From NCBI GenBank assembly GCA_965205505.1, contig CBDBHB010000008.1, positions 1,120,001 through 1,184,000 of the forward strand: a stretch of 64,000 nucleotides of DNA. The letters are read 5' to 3'. This stretch comes from Acidobacteriota bacterium (lineage in GTDB: Bacteria; Acidobacteriota; UBA890; WLXD01). Position numbers and translations under genes: made by a program. Shown here one piece after another: positions 19,895 to 29,611 of the stretch (positions within the stretch are counted from its first letter, which is position 1; each line of letters starts with the position of its first letter). Under the pieces are notes generated by a model. It did not search any database. It was not told the DNA's origin and saw only the letters and a program-made list of their open reading frames with translations.

Positions 19895-21964
19895 ATGGCC
19901 AAATATCACGTTGTCCTAGCAAGGCAAGCTAGCTCCTTCGCCGCAATCATGCTGTTGGCAGGCCTTTCTTACGCCGGCGGGCAGCTCTCCCCGACCGAAA
20001 GCCAGATCCTGAGCGCTCTGGATACCGACAGGACAATCGCCCTCACCCGCCGTCTCTCGGAGGAACTCGTCAAGAACGACTCGGGTGCGGGTGCCGGCTC
20101 GGCCATCGCCGGCAGCGCCGATGAGCGCCTCTTGGCCGGCTTCATCGAAGCGGAGATGAAGCGGCTAGGTTTGGATGTTCGGCGGGAGAGCTTCCCCGTG
20201 CACGCCTATGACTACGGGGAAGTGTCGCTAATCGCCGCTGGGAAAAGGCTCCCTGCGATCACCCTGCACACCGCCGCCGGTACCTCGGGTGCAGCCGAGG
20301 GAGTGCCCTATTCGAAGGGCAACACCGCGGGCGGAGGGACACTGCGGACGAAGCTGGTAGACGCCGAGGATGGGTTTGCCTCGGACTATGCGAAGCTGGA
20401 CGAAGTGCGGGGCAAAGCGGTACTCGTGCGCCGGCCAGGATGGCCCAGCGGCTACGTGGTGATGGAAGCGGCACAGCGGGGAGCCTCCGCCATCCTGTTC
20501 TACGACTATGGCAATTACAGCGGTGACTCGCCGGAAGACGCGTTGCAGCAGATGACCCTCGCGTATCGTGACCCGATCCCTGCAGTGACGATCAGCAACC
20601 GCGATGCCGCATGGCTCAAGGAACGGCTTGCCGAGGGCGAGGTGATGATCGAGCTGGAGAACCGGGTCGATGTCGACTACGGCTTTTCCGAGAACGTCAT
20701 CGGCATGCTACGGGGCAGGGAGTTTCCGGACGAGTGGATCGTGGTCTCGGCACACCACGACCGCTGGTTCCAAGGAGCCCAGGATGACAGCGTTGGTGTG
20801 GCCGTCATGCTGGAGCTGGCCCGCGTGATCTCGGAAGGTTACCGACCGCGGCGCAGCTTCCTGTTCATTGCCTTTGGAAGCGAAGAAGTCGGAGGACTGT
20901 GGACCGAGTACGACTGGCTGGCGGGTTCCCATGCGTTCATCCGGGCGCACCCCGAAGTCACCTCGCGTCTGGCCTACGCCTACAACGTCGATGGCGCCGG
21001 GTGGTCGGGGCGTGAGGGCCGGGTGTATGCCACACTCGATCAGGTTGCCTTGCAGCGCGAATTGCTGGCGGAGCTCGATCTTCAGGATCGGGTGACGGTG
21101 CAACCGGGTGTGGCCCGATGGAACGACGCCTGGTCACTCGGAGGCGTCCGGGGCGGAGCGGTCTCATATCTCTCCTGGGAGGGTGAATACGGTCGTTACT
21201 ACCACACAGAGCACGACGTCTACCGTGCCGACGACTACACAAACCTGATCGACGACCTGCGGCTCGGAGCACTCGGCGTGCTTCGGGTCGATCAGTCGGT
21301 CGTTTTGCCAATTCGTTTCTCGGACGTCGCCGACTGGGTTTCCGGGCAACTCCGGAGCATGGAGGGAATACTCTCCGACGTTGCCGGGGGGTCGGAGCTG
21401 CTCCGCGAGGCTCAGAAGGGAGCCGACATTCTACGTACGCAGGCCGACAAAGCAGAGGCGGCCTATTCGTCGATAGGTGATGCCGCTGATGCAACGTTGC
21501 TGAACGCCTTGCTGATGAACACTCGCCACGACCTCGTTCCTTGGCTACTCAACACAGAAGAGCGCCTGCGAGGAAGCCGCTACGCGGAAGACTTCGCCGC
21601 TCTCCAGAGGGCTCGTCTTGCTGCTGCAGCAGGGGATACGGAGGCAACGGCGAGGGCACTCGAGGAGGTCAACACGATGCAGTGGGGCAAGCGGGTCTCA
21701 ACGGCGACCTACCGCGCAGAAAGACTGCTCTCGTACGAGCCGATCGGTTGGATGCGGGAGTTTGACCAGCACCCGCGTCCGGTCAGTCCGGAACTCCACG
21801 CTATCTACTCGCAGCTCAGGGAGGGCGGCGGTAGTTCACGTCTGGCCTCCAGGATCGCCAGGCTCAAGGCGCAGGCGGAGGGCTCGCTGCGCGAGGCGCT
21901 GTTCATAGTAGGCGGCAAACTCCGGGAAGCCGCAAGCAAGCTTGCCGAGGCACAGCTGCCCTGA
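19895..21964 (+). CDS. Secreted PA-domain M28 family peptidase, paralog 1
   Basis: SAHHD, GAQDDSVG, GSEE, YYHTEHD; PA domain VRGKAVLVRR. Confidence 0.88.
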   Translation: MAKYHVVLARQASSFAAIMLLAGLSYAGGQLSPTESQILSALDTDRTIALTRRLSEELVKNDSGAGAGSAIAGSADERLLAGFIEAEMKRLGLDVRRESFPVHAYDYGEVSLIAAGKRLPAITLHTAAGTSGAAEGVPYSKGNTAGGGTLRTKLVDAEDGFASDYAKLDEVRGKAVLVRRPGWPSGYVVMEAAQRGASAILFYDYGNYSGDSPEDALQQMTLAYRDPIPAVTISNRDAAWLKERLAEGEVMIELENRVDVDYGFSENVIGMLRGREFPDEWIVVSAHHDRWFQGAQDDSVGVAVMLELARVISEGYRPRRSFLFIAFGSEEVGGLWTEYDWLAGSHAFIRAHPEVTSRLAYAYNVDGAGWSGREGRVYATLDQVALQRELLAELDLQDRVTVQPGVARWNDAWSLGGVRGGAVSYLSWEGEYGRYYHTEHDVYRADDYTNLIDDLRLGALGVLRVDQSVVLPIRFSDVADWVSGQLRSMEGILSDVAGGSELLREAQKGADILRTQADKAEAAYSSIGDAADATLLNALLMNTRHDLVPWLLNTEERLRGSRYAEDFAALQRARLAAAAGDTEATARALEEVNTMQWGKRVSTATYRAERLLSYEPIGWMREFDQHPRPVSPELHAIYSQLREGGGSSRLASRIARLKAQAEGSLREALFIVGGKLREAASKLAEAQLP

Positions 21965-22057
21965 GCACTCATCCCCCAGCTTCAGGCTCTTTCTCCTACA
22001 ACCTGTACGTTCGCAGGCGCCTTCCCGCCATCCGGTCGCCTATCTGCGCGGAGAGAA

Positions 22058-23050
22058 ATGATGACCATCCCGAGAGGCAAGGGCCTGATCGCGCTGCTAC
22101 TCCTGTTCTTGGTCGCGGTGGCCGTGGTTGTGGCCGTGCCGCAGCGTTACATGATCAGGTACCAGGCCTGGGACCCCGCCGAGGCCCCGCCGCTCCTCGA
22201 CCAGGTGGACGAGGGGCCCGGAGTGCGCTGGCACGACGACTACTTCACTGTTCAAGCCCTCGATGCGCGCACCTTCGCCATTGGCGAGCCGCGCTATTAC
22301 CAGCAGAACTACAACTACCTGCTCCTGGGAACCGAGCGCGCCGTGTTGTTCGACGCCGGCCCCGGCGTTCGCGACATCCGACCGGTCGCGCAGGCGCTCA
22401 CCGATCTCCCCTTGACCTTCGTGCCTTCCCATTTCCACGTCGACCACGTAGGCAACGAGATCACCTTCGAGCACGTGGCGGTGATCGATCTTCCCTACTT
22501 GCGTGCTCGCGCGCCCGACAACCGTCTGCAGCTCACGGACCGCGAGCACGTGGGATTCCACGAGGGCATTGCCCCGCCCACTCTCGAGGTCGACGAGTGG
22601 ATCTCGGCCGGAGGCACCATGCAGCTGGGCGACCGCGCGCTGCGAGTCCTCTACACGCCCGGCCACACGGAAGACTCGATCTCGCTTCTCGACGTGGGTT
22701 CCGGCCAGCTGTTCTCAGGCGATTTCATTTATCCCGGACCGCTGTACGCGTATATGCCGAACAGCGGCATGGGCGACTACGTGCAGGCCGCTGACACGGT
22801 GCTGAGCTCCGCTCCGGCAGGCGTCCGCATCTTCGGCGCGCACCGGGGCGGGCAGCCCGGAGCGCCACGGCTGACCCTGGCCGATGTGCAGGAACTCAGA
22901 GCCGCGCTGGACGCGATACGAAGCGGAGAACTCTCGGGCGAGGGGTTCTACCCGGTCCGGTACCGGATCAACTCGCGGCTGCGCCTACTCGCGGACCCCT
23001 GGTGGTTGCAGAACTGGACGCCACGCCGCCCGTCGTTGGCAGGTCGCTGA
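22058..23050 (+). CDS. Metallo-beta-lactamase-fold hydrolase, membrane-anchored or secreted
   Basis: SHFHVDH, TPGHT, LFSGD, GAH; N-terminal hydrophobic segment. Confidence 0.88.
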   Translation: MMTIPRGKGLIALLLLFLVAVAVVVAVPQRYMIRYQAWDPAEAPPLLDQVDEGPGVRWHDDYFTVQALDARTFAIGEPRYYQQNYNYLLLGTERAVLFDAGPGVRDIRPVAQALTDLPLTFVPSHFHVDHVGNEITFEHVAVIDLPYLRARAPDNRLQLTDREHVGFHEGIAPPTLEVDEWISAGGTMQLGDRALRVLYTPGHTEDSISLLDVGSGQLFSGDFIYPGPLYAYMPNSGMGDYVQAADTVLSSAPAGVRIFGAHRGGQPGAPRLTLADVQELRAALDAIRSGELSGEGFYPVRYRINSRLRLLADPWWLQNWTPRRPSLAGR

Positions 23051-23118
23051 TGCCGCGGATCAGCGCCGGCATCCTGCTCTACCGGCGCGGCCAAGTAAGC
23101 CTGGAGGTTCTCATAGTG
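23050..23118 (+). pseudogene. N-terminal remnant of a NUDIX hydrolase, in frame with the downstream M28 peptidase
   Basis: MPRISAGILLYRRGQVSLEVLIV resembles the SAGILLYR...LEVLLVHPGGP start of a NUDIX family; TGATG coupling to the MBL gene stop. Confidence 0.55.
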
Positions 23119-23148
23119 ATCGCAAGATGGCTCACCGGAGCGGGTTCC

Positions 23149-25221
23149 ATGGTCAAGTATCACGTTGTCCTGACAAGGCAAGCTAGCTTCTTTGCCGCCA
23201 TCATGCTGTTGGCAGGCCTTTCTCAGGCCGGCGCGCAGCTCTCCTCGACCGAAAGCCAGATCCTGAGCGCTCTGGATAGCGACAGGACCATCGCCCTCAC
23301 CCGCCGTCTCTCGGAGGAGCTCGTCAAGAACGACTCGGGTGCGGGTGCCGGCTCGGCCATCGCCGGCAGCGCCGATGAGCGCCTCTTGGCCGGCTTCATC
23401 GAGGCGGAGATGACGCGGATGGGTCTGGAGGTGCGGCGCGAGAGCTTTCCCGTGCACGCCTACGACTACGGCAAAGTACTGCTGCGGGCATCGGGCAGAC
23501 AGCTGGCAGCGATCACCCAGCACTCCGGCGGCGGGACCTGGGGCACTGCCGAGCGCGTGCCGTATACGAAGGGCAACACGTCGGGTGGACAGCGGTTGCA
23601 AGCGGCCTTGCTCGATGCCGGAGAAGGCTGGGTCCATGACTACGCTGATCTGAGCGAGGTGCGCGGCAAGGCCGTGCTGGTGCGCCGTGGAGCGGATTGG
23701 CTCAACAGCCAGGTCGTGATGGAGGCGGCAGAGCAGGGAGCGTCCGCGATCTTGCTCTACGACTACGACAGCGGTGCCGAGGCTCCCCAGGACTCGATCC
23801 AGCAGATGAGCATCGTCTACCGCGACCCGATCCCGACCGTGACGATCAGCAACCGCGATGCCGCATGGCTCAAGGAGCGCCTTGCCGACGGCGAGGTGAC
23901 GATCGAGCTGGAGAACCGGGTCGATGTCGACTACGGCTTCTCGGAGAACGTCATCGGCATGATCCGGGGCACGGAGTATCCGGACGAGTGGATCGTGGTC
24001 TCGGCCCACCACGACCGCTGGTTCCAAGGAGCCCAAGATGACAGCGTCGGAGTGGCCGTCGTGCTGGAACTGGCCCGCGTCATCTCGGAGGGTTACCGGC
24101 CGCGGCGCAGCTTCTTGTTCATTACCTTTGGCAGCGAGGAAGTCGGGGGGCTGTGGACCCAGTTCGACTGGCTGGCGGGCTCCCACGCGTTCATCCGGGC
24201 GCACCCCGAGATCACGTCGCGACTGGCCTATGCCTTCAACGTCGACCTCGCTGGATGGAGGGGGCGCGAGGGCCAGGTGCGTGCCACCCTCGACCAGGTT
24301 GCCTTCCAACGTGAATTGCTGGCCGACCTCGGCCTCGACGAGCGGGTAACGGTGCGTGAGCACGTCAGCACCGGCGTCGATGCCTGGTCTTTGGGAGGGG
24401 TTCGGGGCGGAGCGGTGGCAACCCTGAGCTGGACGGGTGACGTCCCCTACAGCCGCTACTACCACACGCAGCACGATGTCTATCGAGCCGAGGACTACGC
24501 CAACCTGGAGCACGACCTGCGACACGGGGCACTCGGCGTGCTGCGGATGGACCAGGCTGTCGTCCTGCCCGTCGGCTTCTCGGAGATCGCCGACTGGGTC
24601 ACCGAACAGCTCGACAGGATCGAGCAGACGGTCTCCTCGCTCTCGACACCGACGGACCTGCTTCGCGACGCCAGACAGGCGGCAGAGCGCCTTCGCGCGC
24701 AGGCTGAAAGGCTGGCAGCGACCTCAGCGTCCGTGGAGGATGGCAATCACGCAGCGGTCGTCAACGCGCTCTTGATGAGGACCCGACACGATCTCGTTCC
24801 CTGGCTTCTGAGCACAGAAGGACGCCTGAGAGGAAGCCGTTACGCGGAAGATTTCGCTGCACTCCAGAGAGCCCGTCTCGCTGCCACGGATGAAGATACG
24901 GAGGCTGCGGCGAGCGCGCTCGAGGATGTCAACACGATGCTGTGGGGCAAGCGGGTCTCGCCCGAGACCTACCGTGCTGAGAGGCTGCTGTCCTACGAGC
25001 CGACCGGTTGGATGTGGGAGTTCGACCAGCACCCACGTCCGGTCGGTCCGGAGCTGCACACCATCTACTCGCAGCTCGGGGCGGGACGCGGCGCCGCTTC
25101 GGTCGCCGGGATCGGCAGGCTCGAGGCGCAGGCGGAGGGCTCGCTGCGTGAGGCATTGTTCATCGTCAACGGTAAGCTCCGGGAAGCTGCGAGGGCCCTT
25201 GCCGATGGTCCTCCACCGTGA
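23149..25221 (+). CDS. Secreted PA-domain M28 family peptidase, paralog 2
   Basis: Same motifs as 19895..21964, with long identical blocks. Confidence 0.88.
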   Translation: MVKYHVVLTRQASFFAAIMLLAGLSQAGAQLSSTESQILSALDSDRTIALTRRLSEELVKNDSGAGAGSAIAGSADERLLAGFIEAEMTRMGLEVRRESFPVHAYDYGKVLLRASGRQLAAITQHSGGGTWGTAERVPYTKGNTSGGQRLQAALLDAGEGWVHDYADLSEVRGKAVLVRRGADWLNSQVVMEAAEQGASAILLYDYDSGAEAPQDSIQQMSIVYRDPIPTVTISNRDAAWLKERLADGEVTIELENRVDVDYGFSENVIGMIRGTEYPDEWIVVSAHHDRWFQGAQDDSVGVAVVLELARVISEGYRPRRSFLFITFGSEEVGGLWTQFDWLAGSHAFIRAHPEITSRLAYAFNVDLAGWRGREGQVRATLDQVAFQRELLADLGLDERVTVREHVSTGVDAWSLGGVRGGAVATLSWTGDVPYSRYYHTQHDVYRAEDYANLEHDLRHGALGVLRMDQAVVLPVGFSEIADWVTEQLDRIEQTVSSLSTPTDLLRDARQAAERLRAQAERLAATSASVEDGNHAAVVNALLMRTRHDLVPWLLSTEGRLRGSRYAEDFAALQRARLAATDEDTEAAASALEDVNTMLWGKRVSPETYRAERLLSYEPTGWMWEFDQHPRPVGPELHTIYSQLGAGRGAASVAGIGRLEAQAEGSLREALFIVNGKLREAARALADGPPP

Positions 25222-25385
25222 GTACCGGCCCCTCTAATCGGAAGAGTCGGTTAGCTCCCTACTGTTAAACCGCGTCCGGTCGTGATACGCTTAAGCTAGA
25301 CTTCCGACGGCAACGAAGCCCGAATTCGGAGTACGTGGTCGGAAGCTCCTGGCACGCTCCGTTTCCCGCCGATCGAGGAGAGCCC

Positions 25386-26768
25386 ATGAGCCCCAGGAAA
25401 GGCGAGGGCAAGAAAGACGGCATGAGCCGCCGCGACTTCGCCAAGACCTCCGCTGCCGTGGGTGCCGCTGCAGTCACGCTCCCGAAAGAGCTACGTGCCG
25501 CGACGGCCTTGGGGAAAAGACGCCAGAGCTCTCCGAACGGCTGGACAGCGGGCACGACAATTCCGGCGGAATACTACGTCGACGAGCGGCAATACGTCGC
25601 GGATGAGCGTTCGCTCGCCGAGAGCCTCTGGCTCTACGTCGACCACGAAAGCCGCATCCGCGAGCCGGGCGACTACTTCGTTTTCGAGTACGGGCGCGCC
25701 GAGAGCGTCATCGTGCTACGTGACACGGCGGGAGAGGTCAGGGCGTTCTACAACGTCTGCCGGCATCGAGGATCACGTCTGTGCCGGCACGACGGCGATC
25801 CGATTCCGGGCGATCCTCGCCTGTCCGTCCGCCAACTCGGCGAGAGCGGCAGCACACCGGTGTTTCGCTGCCCGTACCACGCCTGGACCTATGACATCGA
25901 CGGCAACCTGATCTATGCCTACGGCATGCAGGACGACTTCGACCCGGTGGACAACGGCCTGGTCCCGTGTCACGTGCGAACGGCGGAGGGCAGCATCTTC
26001 GTCAGCCTGTCGCGGCAGAACGAGCCACCGGACTTCGAGTCCGCTGTCTCACAGCTACGGATCATGGGGCATTACTACGGACATGCAGGCCTGAAGATCG
26101 CCGCGCGGGAGAGCCACCCGATCCATGCCAACTGGAAGCTGGTGCTGGAGAACTTCTCGGAGTGCTATCACTGCGGGCCAACCCACAAGGGATTGACCAC
26201 GACCCACAACTACGACTACGACGCCACGCCCGAGCAGCTGGCGGCGCGCAACGCTGCGGTAGCCGAATGGCTGACACCGGCGGGCAGGATACGGCCCGAG
26301 GCCCCCGAGGGGGGGCCGCGGTTGACCGGCAACCTCAACCCCGGCTTCGTCACGGGCTCTCCCGACGGCAAGTCGGTGGCACCGCTGCTTCCCAACATCG
26401 AGCAGCCGACTCACGGCACCAACGAGGCCTACACGGGCCACTACACCGGCTACTGGCAATCCTACGACGACTATGTTGTCGCGATCCGGTTCACGCCTCG
26501 AGATGTCGAGCTCACCGAAGCTGAGATCATCTGGTTGGTGCACCCGGACGCCGTGGAGGGGAGAGACTACGATCTGGCGACCCTCAAGGCCTTCTGGCAG
26601 GTCATCCTGCAGGAAGACATCTGGGTCATCGGCAACAACCACAGGGGCATTCTCTCGGGCGCCTATCGTTCAGGCCCGTACTCTACCCACGAAAACACCA
26701 CGGCCGAGTTCATCAAGTGGTACATGGCGGAGGTCGTAACGACCGGAGAGCGTCCAGACCCGGCATAG
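25386..26768 (+). CDS. Rieske non-heme iron oxygenase alpha subunit (GbcA/choline monooxygenase-like) with Tat leader, copy 1
   Basis: SRRDFAK; NVCRHRG...CPYHAWTY; NWKLVLENFSECYHC..TH; QEDIW. Confidence 0.9.
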   Translation: MSPRKGEGKKDGMSRRDFAKTSAAVGAAAVTLPKELRAATALGKRRQSSPNGWTAGTTIPAEYYVDERQYVADERSLAESLWLYVDHESRIREPGDYFVFEYGRAESVIVLRDTAGEVRAFYNVCRHRGSRLCRHDGDPIPGDPRLSVRQLGESGSTPVFRCPYHAWTYDIDGNLIYAYGMQDDFDPVDNGLVPCHVRTAEGSIFVSLSRQNEPPDFESAVSQLRIMGHYYGHAGLKIAARESHPIHANWKLVLENFSECYHCGPTHKGLTTTHNYDYDATPEQLAARNAAVAEWLTPAGRIRPEAPEGGPRLTGNLNPGFVTGSPDGKSVAPLLPNIEQPTHGTNEAYTGHYTGYWQSYDDYVVAIRFTPRDVELTEAEIIWLVHPDAVEGRDYDLATLKAFWQVILQEDIWVIGNNHRGILSGAYRSGPYSTHENTTAEFIKWYMAEVVTTGERPDPA

Positions 26769-26817
26769 GTTGCCAGCTCCTACAGAGTTCACCGGCCGAA
26801 AGAGCTTGGAGGGCGGG

Positions 26818-28143
26818 ATGAGCAAGAACGAGGAAGCCACCACGTCGACCCGGCGTGACCTGGCGCGCAGCGCCGTTATCGGGTACACGGCCGCCGCCCT
26901 CGGGCTACCGAGGAACCTGCTTGCCCGGGCGATTCCGGATACGGGCCAGATGGGCGACGGGGAATCCGGCCCTGCGGGGTGGGTCCGAGACACAATTGGA
27001 GCCGAGTACTACACGGACGAAGCGCGCTACCTGGTCGATGAGCGCCTGGTGGCCGACCATTTCTGGCAAATGGTCGACCACGAGAGCAGGATCCCCAATG
27101 CGGGCGACTTCTTCGTGTTCGAGTACGGTCGCAGCGAGAGCATTCTGATCGTTCGCGGGCGGGACAACGAAGTGCGCGGCTTTTACAACGTGTGCCGCCA
27201 CCGCGGCTCGCGCCTGTGCCGTCACGATGCGGATCCGATCCCTGAGGATCCACGCCTGTCGGTCAAGCAGCTCGGACAGTCCGGTAGCTCACCGGTGTTC
27301 CGCTGCCCGTACCACGCCTGGACGTACGACACCGAAGGCAGCCTGATCTATGCCTATGGCATGCAGGAAGACTTCGACCCGGCGGACAACGGCCTCATCC
27401 CCTGCCACCTCCGCACGGCAGACGGCTTCATCTTCGTGAACCTGTCGCGAGAGCCGGAGCCGCCGGAGTTCGAGTCAGCGATCGAGCCCTTCCGCCGCAA
27501 GGTGGGTCAATCACACGGCACCGCAGACTTGAAGGTCGGCGAGCGCGTCTACGTCGCGATGCGCGCCAACTGGAAGCTGGCGCTGGAGAACTTCCTGGAG
27601 TGCTACCACTGCGGGCCGTCGCACGACTACCTGTGCTACGTGTTCCCGAACATCGACCTCTCGATCCCGGAATCTCAAAGGCCTGCGCGAGGGATGCCTG
27701 CGGGCTTCGTCAGCGCCACCCTCGACGGCAAGCCGGCGGCACCGTTGCTGCCCGCCTTCGAGAGCAGAACCGGCAGGAAGGTGGGAAGCGACGCGGCAAC
27801 AGGGTGGTCGACCGGGTACTGGTCTCCCAACGAAGACTACGTCTTCGCAGTTCGATTCACCCCCCGTGATGTTGACCTCACCGACGTGGAGTGCACCTGG
27901 CTCGTGCACCCGGATGCGAAGCGAGGAGTGGATTACGACCCGGAGAGGCTGAAGGAGATCTGGTTCGTCACGCTCCTGGAGGACATCTGGTTGTGCGAGA
28001 ACAACCACATTGGCATACGCTCGGGCGCCTACCGGCCCGGGCGCTACGCCACCCATGAGATTGGCCGGATATTGCCGGCTAATTTCATGCACTGGTACGT
28101 GAACGCCGTGGCGGGCAACGTCGGGCGGGTGATGGCGTACTGA
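26818..28143 (+). CDS. Rieske oxygenase alpha subunit with Tat-like leader, copy 2
   Basis: TRRDLAR; CRH...CPYH; ENFLECYHCGPSH; LEDIW. Confidence 0.9.
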   Translation: MSKNEEATTSTRRDLARSAVIGYTAAALGLPRNLLARAIPDTGQMGDGESGPAGWVRDTIGAEYYTDEARYLVDERLVADHFWQMVDHESRIPNAGDFFVFEYGRSESILIVRGRDNEVRGFYNVCRHRGSRLCRHDADPIPEDPRLSVKQLGQSGSSPVFRCPYHAWTYDTEGSLIYAYGMQEDFDPADNGLIPCHLRTADGFIFVNLSREPEPPEFESAIEPFRRKVGQSHGTADLKVGERVYVAMRANWKLALENFLECYHCGPSHDYLCYVFPNIDLSIPESQRPARGMPAGFVSATLDGKPAAPLLPAFESRTGRKVGSDAATGWSTGYWSPNEDYVFAVRFTPRDVDLTDVECTWLVHPDAKRGVDYDPERLKEIWFVTLLEDIWLCENNHIGIRSGAYRPGRYATHEIGRILPANFMHWYVNAVAGNVGRVMAY

Positions 28144-28155
28144 CGAGCTTGGAGG

Positions 28156-29544
28156 ATGGGGATGAGCAAGAAAGAGGAAGGCAACAAATCGACCCGGCGT
28201 GACTTGGCGCGTAGCGCTGTTGTCGGCTACACCGCCGCCGCCCTCGGGCTGCCAACGCACCTGCTTGCCAGGGACGTTCCGGATGTGGGCCAGATGGCCG
28301 GCGGGGAATCGGGCGCAGCAGGGTTGCGAAGAGCCACGATTGACGCCGAGTACTACACGGACGGAGAGCGCTGGGCGTTCGATGAGCGCCTGGTGGCCGA
28401 CCATTTCTGGCAAATGGTCGACCATGAGAGCAGGATTCCCGATGCGGGCGACTTCTTCGTGTTCGAGTTCGGTCGCAGCGAGAGCATCCTGATCGTGCGT
28501 GGGCGGGACAACGCAGTGCGCGGCTTCTACAACGTGTGCCGCCACCGCGGCTCGCGCCTGTGTCGTCACGACGCAGATCCGATCCCCGAGGATCCACGCC
28601 TGTCGGTCAAGCAGCTCAGCCAGTCGGGCAGCTCGCCGGTGTTCCGCTGCCCGTACCACGCCTGGACGTACGACACCGAAGGCAGCTTGATCTATGCCTA
28701 CGGCATGCAGGAGGACTTCGATCCGGCGGACAACGGCCTGATCCCCTGCCACCTCCGCACGGCAGACGGCTTCATCTTCGTGAACCTGTCGCGCGAGCCG
28801 GAACCGCCGGAGTTCGAGTCAGCGGTCGAGCCCTTCCGCCGCGATGTGGGCGGACCCCACGGGACCGCACAATTGAAGGTCGGCGAGCGAGTCTTCGTGC
28901 CGATGCACGCCAACTGGAAGCTGGCGCTGGAGAACTTCCTGGAGTGCTACCACTGCGGGCCGTCGCACGACTACCTGTGCTACGTGTACCCGGGCTCTGA
29001 CTTCACGACCGAATCCGAGAAGCAAGGGAAGGGTGGGCTGCTCAACGGATTCGTCACCGGCACAATGGACGGCAAAGCGGCGGCACCGTTGCTGCCCGCC
29101 TTTGAGGGCACCGACGCGAGGACGACGTCACGCACGTCGACCGAAACGACGTCGGGTTGGTCGACCGGATATTGGCTCGGATACGACGATCACGTCTTCG
29201 CGGTTCGATTCACCCCCCGTGATGTCGATCTCACCGACGTGGAATGCACCTGGCTCGTGCATCCGGATGCGAAGCGCGGCGTGGACTACGATCCGGAGAG
29301 GTTGAAGGAGGTGTGGCTCGTCACGCTTCTAGAAGACATCTGGTTGTGCGAGAACAACCACGCCGGCATTTGCTCTGGCGCCTACGCGCCTGGCCGCTAC
29401 GCCACTCATGAGCGTAGCCCGTCCAGATTCATACAGTGGTATATGGCCGCCGTGGCGGGTGACATCGGGCCGGCGCAGAACCCACGTCGCCGTGAGAGTC
29501 CGACTGCGCGCCTCGAGGGTCCAGAGAGTACGTTGCTGACCTGA
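28156..29544 (+). CDS. Rieske oxygenase alpha subunit with Tat-like leader, copy 3
   Basis: TRRDLAR; Rieske domain near-identical to copy 2. Confidence 0.9.
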   Translation: MGMSKKEEGNKSTRRDLARSAVVGYTAAALGLPTHLLARDVPDVGQMAGGESGAAGLRRATIDAEYYTDGERWAFDERLVADHFWQMVDHESRIPDAGDFFVFEFGRSESILIVRGRDNAVRGFYNVCRHRGSRLCRHDADPIPEDPRLSVKQLSQSGSSPVFRCPYHAWTYDTEGSLIYAYGMQEDFDPADNGLIPCHLRTADGFIFVNLSREPEPPEFESAVEPFRRDVGGPHGTAQLKVGERVFVPMHANWKLALENFLECYHCGPSHDYLCYVYPGSDFTTESEKQGKGGLLNGFVTGTMDGKAAAPLLPAFEGTDARTTSRTSTETTSGWSTGYWLGYDDHVFAVRFTPRDVDLTDVECTWLVHPDAKRGVDYDPERLKEVWLVTLLEDIWLCENNHAGICSGAYAPGRYATHERSPSRFIQWYMAAVAGDIGPAQNPRRRESPTARLEGPESTLLT

Positions 29545-29611
29545 ATCTGCGAGTTGCTGCTGCAGGCAACGACAGCCGGCAACGAGCGAGCTCCGCCTAC
29601 CCGACGTGCAT

